Below, one piece after another: positions 54,963 to 64,000 of a stretch of 64,000 nt of DNA (positions are counted from its first letter, which is position 1; the number at the start of each line of letters is the position of its first letter). The notes beneath the pieces are model-generated. The model saw nothing but the letters and a program-made list of their open reading frames with translations, did not search any database and was not told the DNA's origin. The stretch is from Patescibacteria group bacterium. Its GTDB lineage: Bacteria; Patescibacteriota; Minisyncoccia; UBA6257; 2-01-FULL-56-20. The stretch covers positions 31,408 to 95,407 of the forward strand of contig JAGXBC010000001.1 in the NCBI GenBank assembly GCA_018971305.1. The letters are read 5' to 3'. A program made the translations under genes and the position numbers.

Positions 54963-55388
54963 TTAATTCACGACCTCAATCCCCATGTTCCTCGCAGTTC
55001 CTTCTATTGTCCTCATCGCGGCTTCAATATCGTTGGCATTCAAATCAACCATCTTTTTTTCGGCAATTTTCCTGATGTCGGCTTTGGTTACCTTGCCAAC
55101 CTTGATTTTAAGGGGGTCGCTGGAGCCCTTTTCAATGCCGGCCGCTTTTTTGAGCAATGCCGAAGCGGGTGGGGTTTTAAGCTTAAAAGTGAAAGTCCTG
55201 TCTTCGTAGATGGTGATTTCGGCGGGAACGACGTCGCCCGTCATATCCTTCGTCATATCGTTGAATTTCTTGCAGAAATCCTGGATATTCACGCCCTGAG
55301 GCCCTAAAGCCGTACCTATCGGAGGCGCGGGGTTAGCTTTACCGGCTTCTATCTGTATTTTTAAAATTGTTTTAACTTTTTTAGCCAT
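54963..55388 (-). CDS. rplK: 50S ribosomal protein L11
   Basis: [34 protein letters not shown]...[12 protein letters not shown], typical of L11. Confidence 0.9.
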   Translation of the reverse strand: MAKKVKTILKIQIEAGKANPAPPIGTALGPQGVNIQDFCKKFNDMTKDMTGDVVPAEITIYEDRTFTFKLKTPPASALLKKAAGIEKGSSDPLKIKVGKVTKADIRKIAEKKMVDLNANDIEAAMRTIEGTARNMGIEVVN

Positions 55389-55462
55389 TATAATTGATAA
55401 CCATTAGGGTACAGCAAATACTGCCAAGCGTCAATAATATTCCGATGCCGACTATTCAATAC

Positions 55463-55912
55463 TTAGAAAGGCAAGTCTTCCGGTTTTACTTCGCCCTCTT
55501 CTTCTAGATTAATAGTTGGAATTTCTTCTGCCGCCGCATCGGAATCAATCTTTGCCGCTACGTTTACCGGTCTCGCTCCTCCTTGCGGCCTCGGACCAAA
55601 TTGAACTCTTTCCGCCACAATATCCGTTGTCTTTCTTGACTGACCCTGTTTATCCTGCCAAGATCGCGTTTGCAAACGGCCCTCAATCATAACTGTTGAA
55701 CCCTTAGTGAGGAACTGGCTCGTAATCTCCGCTTGCCTGCCCCAAACCACTATATTATGGAACTCGGTGCTTTCCTGCTTGGCGCCGGATTTATCCGTCC
55801 AAACACGATTGGTAGCCAAGCTGAAACTCGCCACCGACTGCCCGCCGGCAGTCGTTCTTAACTGCGGATCTGCTGTTAACCTGCCAATGAGAAAAACTTT
55901 ATTAAGATTCAT
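55463..55912 (-). CDS. ssb: Single-stranded DNA-binding protein
   Basis: OB-fold MNLNKVFLIGRLTADPQLR..., Gly-rich tail and acidic C-terminal tip ending DLPF. Confidence 0.9.
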   Translation of the reverse strand: MNLNKVFLIGRLTADPQLRTTAGGQSVASFSLATNRVWTDKSGAKQESTEFHNIVVWGRQAEITSQFLTKGSTVMIEGRLQTRSWQDKQGQSRKTTDIVAERVQFGPRPQGGARPVNVAAKIDSDAAAEEIPTINLEEEGEVKPEDLPF

Positions 55913-56019
55913 ATTGAATATTAGCGAGCAATACCGACATACAGCGAATAATACGAATTATTAATTTTTATTATAATCTATCCGCATTGTTTTGCAAAGA
56001 TTTACAGCATCGATTACCA

Positions 56020-56451
56020 CTATTTCAATATTTCCTCTATCTTCTGCTCTAGAATCTCATTACTCAGAGTTTTCGGCTCGGAAGGCGCAGCCGGACGTAC
56101 TGTTTTTCTTATAATCGGCTTTCTCGGCGATCTAGATTGCTCGGACATTATCTGGCGCTTAGGCAAGCTGATTATTAAAAATCTTAAGACTTCGGCGTTC
56201 GTACTCAAATCGTGTTCCAATAATTTTATATCGGATGGATAAGCGCTAACGTGGACAAAACCAAAATTTGCGCTATCCAGATGTTTTATTTTGTAAGCCA
56301 AGCTGATTTTTTTTATCGGAGAGATCGGGCCGGCTTCAACACTGTGTTGGCCCATAAGCCGGAGAATATCGGCTGCCGCCTCTTCCTTCTGTACTAAAAA
56401 AGAAAGCTCGTAACTTTTTTTGTCCGCCTCCTGTTTCTGGTTTGTATCCAT
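56020..56451 (-). CDS. rpsF: 30S ribosomal protein S6
   Basis: YELSFLVQKEEAAADILRL...ANFGFVHVSAYPSDIKLLEHDL matches the S6 fold; sits upstream of ssb in the conserved rpsF-ssb arrangement. Confidence 0.8.
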   Translation of the reverse strand: MDTNQKQEADKKSYELSFLVQKEEAAADILRLMGQHSVEAGPISPIKKISLAYKIKHLDSANFGFVHVSAYPSDIKLLEHDLSTNAEVLRFLIISLPKRQIMSEQSRSPRKPIIRKTVRPAAPSEPKTLSNEILEQKIEEILK

Positions 56452-56469
56452 AAATTTGATTCTACGATT

Positions 56470-59400
56470 CTACTCGGTTTGCGATTCTTTTGCAACTTCT
56501 GGAACGGGAGCCTGAAGCTCCGATACTTCATCATCGGAATCACCGGCTCTTTTCACCTTAATCTCTCCGGAAGGTATTAATCTGCCTATAATCACATTTT
56601 CTTTAAGCCCGCGCAGATTATCGGTCCTGCCCTCGATAGCCGCCTTCACTAAAACTCTTGCCGTATCCTGGAAAGACGCTGCGGCAAGGAAACTATCGGA
56701 AGAAATAGCAACCCGCGTTATGCCTAATAGAATTTCTTCGGCCTTAGCAACCTTGAGACCCTGTTTTTTAAGTTCTTTATTGACGTCCATCAGCAAAGCT
56801 TTTTCAATGATTTCCCCCATGACAAAATCCGAAGCATCTCCGGCATCCTTGATTTTAACCCTGGAGAACATCTGCTTGATGATAACTTCTATGTGCTTGT
56901 TGTTTATAGAGGCACCTTCGGAGAGATAGATCCTTTGAACTTCGTTCACAACGTAGCGCTCAACTTCCCTTACGCCTCTGAATTCCAAAAGTTCTCTCAA
57001 GTCAATGTGACCCTCGGAAATCTGCTGGCCTTTTTCAATTTTATCTCCGGCTTTCACGAACAAAAGAGCGGAACGCGGCACCGAGAACTCCTGGGCTTTT
57101 TTCTTTTTGGTTTTCTGAGGATTTTTTTCCAATAGTTTTATTATCTTGCTCGTCCCCTTTTCTTCTATAACATCAATCGAGCAATCAAAGGGAGCTAAAA
57201 TAGCCTTGCCTTTCGGCGGGCGGACTTCAAAAATTTCTTCCACGCGCGGCAAACCGTGGGTGATGTCCACTCCGGCAACACCTCCGGTGTGGAAAGTTCT
57301 CATCGTAAGCTGCGTTCCAGGTTCACCGATTGATTGCGCGGCAAGTACCCCTACCGCTCCACCCAGTTTAACCGGTTCATTGCTGCCGAGATCCAGTCCG
57401 TAACAAGTGGCGCAAAGACCGTAAAGAGTTTTACAGTAAATAGCCGAACGAACTTTAACTGATTCCAATTTGGATTTATCCAGCATCTCGGCTATCGCTC
57501 TTGTGATCACTTCTCCGGCGCGAACAACGATCTTCCTGTCGATTCTTATGTCTTCTAAAGCTGTTCTTGAGAACACTCTGCTAGAAAAAGACTGATTGAA
57601 TTCTTTCCCGTCTTTGCGCAAAATTTCTATCCCCTCTTTCGCGCGGCAATCGTTTTCCCTGATTATGAGATCCTGAGAAACATCAACCAAACGCCTGGTA
57701 AGATATCCTGCTTGTGCAGTTTTTAAAGCCGTGTCCGTAGTACCCTTTCTAGCGCCGGTAGTGGAAATAAAGTATTCCAAAACAGAAAGACCCTCTTTAA
57801 AAGATGATTTGATAGGCAATTCAATCGTTTCTCCTTTCGGATTAGCCACCAATCCTTTCATACCCAACATCTGTATCGGCTGAGCCCAGGAACCGCGCGA
57901 ACCGGAATCGATAATCTGGTAGATGGAATTGTTCTTCGGCAGGGAAGTGGCAACAAGCTTGGCAATGGTTTCCTTCGCTTTTTCCCAGACGCTGATTGTC
58001 CGCGCCCTGCGCTCGGATTCGGTAAGCAAACCCTCGTTCCACTGATCGTGAACAATGTCTATTTCTTTTTCTGACGCTCTGATGATATCTTCCTTTGTGC
58101 CAGGTGCGACAAGGTCGGATATTGCCCAAGTGATTCCAGACCTTGTGGCCATATCAAAACCGAGTGATTTTACCTCATCCAAAACCTCGCGAGTCACCTT
58201 TAATCCGCGGCTCTCCAATATCTTTTCAATAATAGAAGTAAGTTTTTTCTTGTTAATCGTGTCATTTACAAAATCCGCAGCGCCGCACAGGGCTTTATTA
58301 AACATCAACCGGCCCAAGGTTGTTTTTATTCCCTGGGATAATATCGGGTCGTGAAGCTTCAGGCTCCCTGACTCGTAGGCCAATACCGCCTCATCAAAAC
58401 CGGACATAGCTTTTATAAGGGCTTGGTTATCTTCTTTTATAAGTGTCAGATAATAAATACCGAGGACGACATCCTGGGTCGGATTGGTAATAAGATCACC
58501 GGTAGCTGGTTTCAAAAGATTTTGTCCGGCAGACATTATAGTAGCTGCTTCGTGCTGGGCATTCTCAGAAAGCGGCAGGTGGAGAGCCATTTGGTCACCA
58601 TCGAAGTCGGCGTTAAAAGCCGCGCAAACAAGCGGCGGAACGTGTATGGCTAATCCCTCAACAAGAAGCGGCCTGAAAGCCTGTACGCTCAAACGATGCA
58701 AGGTAGGAGCCCTGTTCAATAGAACCCATTTGTCTTTTATAATTTCTTCCAAAATCGCCCAAACCTCGTCACCGCCTTCTTCCATGAAGCGATTGGCGCT
58801 CCTGATGTTATGGGCCAATCCTCTTTTCATAACTTCGCTCAAAACGAACGGACGGAAAAGTTCCAAGGCCATTCGCTTGGGAACTCCGCACTCGTCAATT
58901 TTCAATTTAGGACCGACGACAATAACCGAACGGCCGGAGTAATCAACTCTTTTACCCAAAAGGTTCTGGCGGAACCTTCCTTGTTTGCCCTTAAGCATAT
59001 CTGCAAGGGAACGAAGCGGACGGCGCTGAGCGGACAATTGCTGCGTGCCGAAACGGGCAGAATTATCTATGAGGGCATCAACGGATTCCTGGAGCATTCT
59101 TTTCTCATTCCTCACGATCACATCTGGAGCTTTGATCTCCAAAAGCTTCTTCAAACGGTTATTGCGGTTGATGACGCGCCGATATAGGTCATTAAGATCG
59201 GATGTCGCATAGCGGCCGCCGTCCAGCGCGACCATCGGGCGCAGATCCGGAGGCAAAACCGGCAAAACATTAATTATCAGCCATTCCGGACGAGCCTGGT
59301 TCTTTATCATGGAACGGAACATCTTCAGGCGGCGCAATAATTTACCCTGGGTAAGCGGGTCTTTCGCGCCTTCAAGCTCTTTTTCTATCTCTCTCATCTC

Positions 59401-62400
59401 TTTTCTCAGATCCATTGACTTCAAAATTTCATATACGGCTTCTGCGCCGCTGCCCGCTTTGAACACATCGCCGAAGCGGCGGGAGAGATTGAAATATTCG
59501 GTCTCGCTCAAAACCTGGCCAACGCTAAGGTTTTCCAGGTAATTTCCGGTAACATCTGCTGCCTCGTTAAGTTCCTGTTTGGTCTTTTTGTCTTTGCCGC
59601 CAATCTTCAATTTACCCTTGAGCTGACGATTCAGGTCTTCCAAAGCCTGCTTCCTCAATTCTTCGTTAACCTCCGTGACAATATAAGCGGAGAAATAAAT
59701 AACTCTTTCCAGCTTTGTAGAAGGAACGTTAAGGGTCAGACTGAGGCGCGAGGGAACGCTCTTCAGAAACCAAATATGGCTGACCGGAGCTGCCAAGGCA
59801 ATGTGCCCGATTCTTTCGCGCCGCACGACAGCTCTTGTTACTTCAACACCGCACTTGTCGCAGACGACACCCTTATAACGAATCCTCCTGTACTTACCGC
59901 AATAGCATTCGTAATCTTTAGTCGGACCGAAAATTCTTTCCGAGAACAATCCGTCTTTTTCCGGACGCTGAGTTCTATAATTAATAGTTTCCGGTTTAAC
60001 CACCTCACCGTGTGACCATTTTAGAATATCTTCTGGAGAAGCGACGCTGATTTTAAGAGACTTGAAATCCTCCTTACGGGACATTTCTGACTCGTATGTC
60101 GGCTGAATATTAAAACACAACGATTTCAACTCGTTCACTAAAACATTGAAAGATGCCGGAAGATTCGGTTCCTTAATGGATTCGCCTCGAATAATAGACT
60201 CGTAAGCGGCGGCCCGTCCTAAGACATCATCCGACTTAATGGTCAGCATTTCCTGCAGGGTGTGGCGTGCCCCGTATCCCTCTAGGGCCCAGACTTCCAT
60301 TTCCCCGAAACGCTGCCCGCCGAATTGAGCTTTGCCGCCAAGCGGCTGTTGCGTAATTAAGGAATATGGTCCGATAGAACGCATATGCGCTTTATCTTCC
60401 ACTAAATGGTTGAGCTTCATGATATAAACCTGTCCGACCATTACCTTATTATCGAACTGCTTACCGCTCCTGCCGTCGTAAAGGGCAACCTTGCCGTCTT
60501 CGGGAAGCCCGGCTTTCTTTAATTCTTCTTTAATCTCCTCTTCGCTAGAAGAATCTAATCCGGGAGTAATGGCCCGATAACCGAGACGCTGGGCGGCCCA
60601 GCCTAAGTGAGTTTCCAAAATTTGCCCCAAGTTCATACGCGAAGCGACGCCAAGCGGATTCAAAATAATGTCTACCGGTGTCCCGTCTTCAAGATAAGGC
60701 ATATCTTCCACGCGCCTTACCTGGGAAATAACACCCTTGTTTCCGTGCCTGCCGGCAAGCTTATCTCCGGCCTGCACCTTACGAAGCTCAGCCACCTCAA
60801 CCTGAATTCTCTTGATGATTCCCGGCTCCAGCTTATCTCCTTTCTCACGGTCAAAAACCTTGATGTTCACAACGCGTCCGCGCTTGCCGTGAGGCAAGGT
60901 AAGAGACGTATCTTTCACATCGCGCGCTTTCTCTCCGAAAATAGCCCTGAGCAACCGCTCTTCAGAAGTAAGCTCGGCTTCGCCTTTCGGAGAAATTTTA
61001 CCAACCAAAATATCGCCGGATCTGACTTCTGCTCCGATTCTTACAATTCCTTCCTCGTCCAGATTCCTCAGTTTCTCCTCGGAAACGTTCGGGATGTCTG
61101 GTGTTGTGAGTTCCGGACCGAGCTTCGTGTCACGGACATCGTGGTAATAATCTTCTATATGGATGGAGGTGAATAGGTCGTCGCGCACAACCCGTTCAGA
61201 AAGAATAATTGCGTCCTCAAAATTCGCGCCTTCCCAAGACATGAACGAGACAAGAAGATTCTGTCCGAGAGCGAGCACTCCATTATCAATAGACGGCCCG
61301 TCAACCAAAACCTCTCCCTTCTTAACCGACTGTCCGGAGACGACAAGCGGCCTCTGGGATATACAGGTGAATTGGTTGGATCTCTTGAATTTTTCCAGTA
61401 TATAATTTTTTACGCTCTTAGCGTATTTAACTTTTACGTGGTTGCCATCCGATTCCAGGATCTTTCCATCCGCTTCGGCAATAACAACATAACCGGAATC
61501 GCGCGCCACTCTGTCCTCTTCTCCGGTGGAAACATAAGGAGCGTTCGGCCTAACGGAAACGACAGCTTGACGCTGCATGTTAGAACCCATCAGAGCGCGA
61601 TTGGCATCGTCGTGCTGCAAGAAAGGTATTAAAGATGTTGCCACGCTTACAAACTGATGGGGAGCAATGTCCGTAAAATCAAGGTCTTTGGGAGCGCAGG
61701 TGCTCGGCGCGCCATGAACTCTCGCCTCTACCAAATCTCCGGCAATATTGCCTTCGGGATCTTTTGCAACTCCCGCATGCGTAATTTTGTATTTCTCTTC
61801 TTCCAGGGCATCCAGCCAAACTATTTCTTCAGTAATACGACCGTTTTTAACCCTCGCGTAAGGCGTCTCTAAAAAACCGAAATCATTAACCCGAGCAAAG
61901 CTTGCTAAATAGTTGATGAGGCCGATATTGGCGCCTTCCGGAGTCTGAATCGGACAAATCCTGCCGTAATGCGAACGATGAACGTCACGCACTTCAAAGC
62001 TGGCGCGTTCGCGAGTAAGTCCGCCGGGGCCCAAAGCCGAAATTCTGCGCTTGTGTTCCAGCTCTGCCAATGGATTTACCTGGTCCATAAACTGCGAAAG
62101 CTGTGAGGATGCAAAAAACTCCTTGATAACCGCCGAGACGGGACGGAAATTAATTAGCTGCGCCGGCATCAGACGTTCCTTCTCTTCTGTGGACATCCTG
62201 TCCTGAATAATTCTGCGCAGGCGGGCGAAACCTATTCTTAATCTTCCTTGCAGCAACTCGCCAACAGCTTTAAGCCTTCTGTTTCCAAGGTGATCAATGT
62301 CGTCTGGCTGGGCGGCTGGATCATTATTTAAAGATATTATCTCGCGCACAATGCCGATGATGTCATCAAGGTCAAGAAGACGGTTATCTTTTTTACTGCC

Positions 62401-63225
62401 GAACTTCAACCGCTGATTGGTTTTGAAGCGGCCCACCGGAGACAGGTCGTATCTGTCCAAACGCTGGAACATAGCATCAATCAAGCTCTTGGCCGTTGCC
62501 GGCGTCGCCGGGTCACCCGGGCGCAAACGGCGGTAAATTTCCATATACGATTCATCAACGTTCTTAGCTACATCTTTTTTAAACGTAGCTTCAATATATT
62601 TGGCACCAACGCCGGGGAAAGCGTCTTTGATCTTATCCTCTTCCATACCGAAAATACGAAGCATATCTGTAACCGGCACCTTGCGGCGACGGTCGATTTT
62701 AACATGTATGGCTCCGTCCAAGTCGGTTTCAAATTCCAGCCAGGCACCCCTATTCGGAATAACCTTGGCCCCAAAAAGCTGCCTGCCCCTCGTAGGGACG
62801 GCGGTAAGATAAACCCCAGCCGATCTGATAAGCTGAGACACGACAACACGCTCAACGCCGTTAATAATAAAAGTGCCGCGCTCGGTCATTATCGGAAATT
62901 CCCCAAAATAAACTTCTTGCGTTTCCTTGTGGCCAGTTTTCTTGCTCTCCAGAGTAAGCTTTATGCGCAACGCTGCTTCATATGTGGCATCGCGATATCG
63001 CGCAGTGGCTTCGTCGTACTTAGGTTCATCAAAATGGTAATCACTGAAGCTCAATTCCAGTTCCTTACCGGTGTGGTCATAAATAGGAGAAATCTCGTCC
63101 AATAGTTCCCGTAATCCCTTTTTAAGGAACCACTCATAAGATTTCAACTGAGTCTCATTCAGATTGAATGGCTTGATGAGGGACTGGGATTTAGAGAAGT
63201 TTTTGGTTGATAAAAATTTAGGCAT
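56470..63225 (-). CDS. rpoBC: Fused DNA-directed RNA polymerase beta-beta' subunit (RpoB-RpoC in one 2251-aa ORF)
   Basis: The N-terminal ~1020 aa carry RpoB motifs ([29 protein letters not shown]; ...[48 protein letters not shown]). After the short linker [14 protein letters not shown], RpoC follows: zinc finger [35 protein letters not shown] catalytic loop. No stop or frame change occurs across the junction (~60.07-60.10 kb). Confidence 0.9.
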   Translation of the reverse strand: MPKFLSTKNFSKSQSLIKPFNLNETQLKSYEWFLKKGLRELLDEISPIYDHTGKELELSFSDYHFDEPKYDEATARYRDATYEAALRIKLTLESKKTGHKETQEVYFGEFPIMTERGTFIINGVERVVVSQLIRSAGVYLTAVPTRGRQLFGAKVIPNRGAWLEFETDLDGAIHVKIDRRRKVPVTDMLRIFGMEEDKIKDAFPGVGAKYIEATFKKDVAKNVDESYMEIYRRLRPGDPATPATAKSLIDAMFQRLDRYDLSPVGRFKTNQRLKFGSKKDNRLLDLDDIIGIVREIISLNNDPAAQPDDIDHLGNRRLKAVGELLQGRLRIGFARLRRIIQDRMSTEEKERLMPAQLINFRPVSAVIKEFFASSQLSQFMDQVNPLAELEHKRRISALGPGGLTRERASFEVRDVHRSHYGRICPIQTPEGANIGLINYLASFARVNDFGFLETPYARVKNGRITEEIVWLDALEEEKYKITHAGVAKDPEGNIAGDLVEARVHGAPSTCAPKDLDFTDIAPHQFVSVATSLIPFLQHDDANRALMGSNMQRQAVVSVRPNAPYVSTGEEDRVARDSGYVVIAEADGKILESDGNHVKVKYAKSVKNYILEKFKRSNQFTCISQRPLVVSGQSVKKGEVLVDGPSIDNGVLALGQNLLVSFMSWEGANFEDAIILSERVVRDDLFTSIHIEDYYHDVRDTKLGPELTTPDIPNVSEEKLRNLDEEGIVRIGAEVRSGDILVGKISPKGEAELTSEERLLRAIFGEKARDVKDTSLTLPHGKRGRVVNIKVFDREKGDKLEPGIIKRIQVEVAELRKVQAGDKLAGRHGNKGVISQVRRVEDMPYLEDGTPVDIILNPLGVASRMNLGQILETHLGWAAQRLGYRAITPGLDSSSEEEIKEELKKAGLPEDGKVALYDGRSGKQFDNKVMVGQVYIMKLNHLVEDKAHMRSIGPYSLITQQPLGGKAQFGGQRFGEMEVWALEGYGARHTLQEMLTIKSDDVLGRAAAYESIIRGESIKEPNLPASFNVLVNELKSLCFNIQPTYESEMSRKEDFKSLKISVASPEDILKWSHGEVVKPETINYRTQRPEKDGLFSERIFGPTKDYECYCGKYRRIRYKGVVCDKCGVEVTRAVVRRERIGHIALAAPVSHIWFLKSVPSRLSLTLNVPSTKLERVIYFSAYIVTEVNEELRKQALEDLNRQLKGKLKIGGKDKKTKQELNEAADVTGNYLENLSVGQVLSETEYFNLSRRFGDVFKAGSGAEAVYEILKSMDLRKEMREIEKELEGAKDPLTQGKLLRRLKMFRSMIKNQARPEWLIINVLPVLPPDLRPMVALDGGRYATSDLNDLYRRVINRNNRLKKLLEIKAPDVIVRNEKRMLQESVDALIDNSARFGTQQLSAQRRPLRSLADMLKGKQGRFRQNLLGKRVDYSGRSVIVVGPKLKIDECGVPKRMALELFRPFVLSEVMKRGLAHNIRSANRFMEEGGDEVWAILEEIIKDKWVLLNRAPTLHRLSVQAFRPLLVEGLAIHVPPLVCAAFNADFDGDQMALHLPLSENAQHEAATIMSAGQNLLKPATGDLITNPTQDVVLGIYYLTLIKEDNQALIKAMSGFDEAVLAYESGSLKLHDPILSQGIKTTLGRLMFNKALCGAADFVNDTINKKKLTSIIEKILESRGLKVTREVLDEVKSLGFDMATRSGITWAISDLVAPGTKEDIIRASEKEIDIVHDQWNEGLLTESERRARTISVWEKAKETIAKLVATSLPKNNSIYQIIDSGSRGSWAQPIQMLGMKGLVANPKGETIELPIKSSFKEGLSVLEYFISTTGARKGTTDTALKTAQAGYLTRRLVDVSQDLIIRENDCRAKEGIEILRKDGKEFNQSFSSRVFSRTALEDIRIDRKIVVRAGEVITRAIAEMLDKSKLESVKVRSAIYCKTLYGLCATCYGLDLGSNEPVKLGGAVGVLAAQSIGEPGTQLTMRTFHTGGVAGVDITHGLPRVEEIFEVRPPKGKAILAPFDCSIDVIEEKGTSKIIKLLEKNPQKTKKKKAQEFSVPRSALLFVKAGDKIEKGQQISEGHIDLRELLEFRGVREVERYVVNEVQRIYLSEGASINNKHIEVIIKQMFSRVKIKDAGDASDFVMGEIIEKALLMDVNKELKKQGLKVAKAEEILLGITRVAISSDSFLAAASFQDTARVLVKAAIEGRTDNLRGLKENVIIGRLIPSGEIKVKRAGDSDDEVSELQAPVPEVAKESQTE

Positions 63226-63374
63226 TGATACCTTTACGCAGGTTTGCGTTATATTTTAAAAAGTATTAAAACATCCCTCAAAAAATCCGAGAAAACTAAA
63301 TTATGTAACTGCGAAACCTGTTCATGGATAAGAACCGCAAAAATACCCCACAACAGGTCTCTTGTGTCGTTGGT

Positions 63375-64000
63375 TTACTTATCTAGGTATTTAACCCTAT
63401 TTTGATTCTGTTCGTCAAGGGTTTTACTAAATATTGTTTTCCCCGTCGCGGGGTCGCTCAAATAATACCAATAAGGGGAACTTTCCGGACTCAGGGCAGC
63501 CCTTATAGCAGTAAAGCCGGGGCTACCTATGGGTTCCGGAGGCAAACCCGCATGCAAGTATGTATTGTAAGGCGAATCTATTTTAAAGTCAAGTGCCGAA
63601 AGTGGATAACAGGAAGAAGCCGCAGGATAGGCTCGCGACTCCTTAATGTAGCAGATTGACGCGTCCACCTGAAGAGGCATGTGCGCAGAAATGCGTTTAA
63701 GTAAAATTCCGGCAACTATTCTCTGATCAGCCTCACTGGGAACTTCTGTTTGAAGGATGGATGCAAGAATTATCGCCTCACTCGCAAGTTTTTCATCACG
63801 GGGAAGAATCTGCGAAGTCTTATCTTCAAAATTTTTTAGAAATTTATCAACGACGCTCGAGGCCTGCGAATCTGTAAAAAATTTATACGTATCCGGAAAT
63901 AATTTCCCTTCCAGATTTCCCTTGGGGTTAGCAGCAACTATGCTACCAGAGGCAACCACTCCGGCGTCGCTCAAAATTCTGTCCACATCATAAACAGACG
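63375..64000 (-). CDS. mltG: Endolytic murein transglycosylase MltG/YceG-like, partial (N-terminus beyond the window end)
   Basis: C-terminal YceG region LQTEVPSEADQRIVAGILLKRI...SPYNTYLHAGLPPEPIGSPGFTAIRAAL...YWYYLSD; the ORF stays open to position 64000. Confidence 0.7.
   Translation of the reverse strand, partial: SVYDVDRILSDAGVVASGSIVAANPKGNLEGKLFPDTYKFFTDSQASSVVDKFLKNFEDKTSQILPRDEKLASEAIILASILQTEVPSEADQRIVAGILLKRISAHMPLQVDASICYIKESRAYPAASSCYPLSALDFKIDSPYNTYLHAGLPPEPIGSPGFTAIRAALSPESSPYWYYLSDPATGKTIFSKTLDEQNQNRVKYLDK

Overview
This 64-kb window looks like a gene-dense chromosomal segment from a small-genome bacterium, probably of the Candidate Phyla Radiation (Patescibacteria) type; roughly 45% GC by eye and mostly minus-strand coding. 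Three things point that way: reduced core proteins (RpoA without an alpha-CTD, AlaRS without its C-terminal domain, ThrRS without the TGS domain), many hypothetical membrane or secreted proteins, and several nucleotide-salvage enzymes. The housekeeping backbone is: an rpsI-rplM-rplQ-rpoA-rpsD-rpsK-rpsM-rpmJ-infA block; alaS, rpoD and dnaG; a histidine kinase and a metal ABC transporter; a tRNA-Gly(CCC) gene; cdd-like, guaB, add and lepA; FtsB/FtsQ-like genes and alr; murI, serS, thrS, miaA, a HIT gene and gatB; a nucleotide-sanitation cluster (two deoxyribosyltransferase-like genes, a NUDIX gene, an HD gene and tmk); rplK, ssb and rpsF; a single 2251-aa fused rpoB-rpoC ORF; and a partial mltG. 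Accessory and unusual content: (1) the left end (1-3.7 kb) carries two tandem, ATGA-overlapping tyrosine recombinases plus a winged-helix gene, ahead of further hypothetical genes to ~5.7 kb where rpsI begins. (2) lepA carries an in-frame ~156-aa GxxExxY / PD-(D/E)XK nuclease-like module inside its GTPase domain. (3) A GC-rich island (38.9-40.3 kb) holds an IS3/rve transposase remnant and an ORFan. (4) Next to it, an HTH-antitoxin/Doc(Fic)-toxin cassette sits at the 3' end of murI, flanked by a diverged duplicate of the last 28 murI codons. (5) A 914-aa gene of unknown function has calcineurin-like phosphoesterase motifs in its C-terminal part. (6) An HD-domain phosphohydrolase gene is interrupted by one in-frame TGA. 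I found no CRISPR array or rRNA gene. Coordinates are anchored on the supplied ORF track; hairpin and RNA coordinates were counted by hand and may be off by a few bases.
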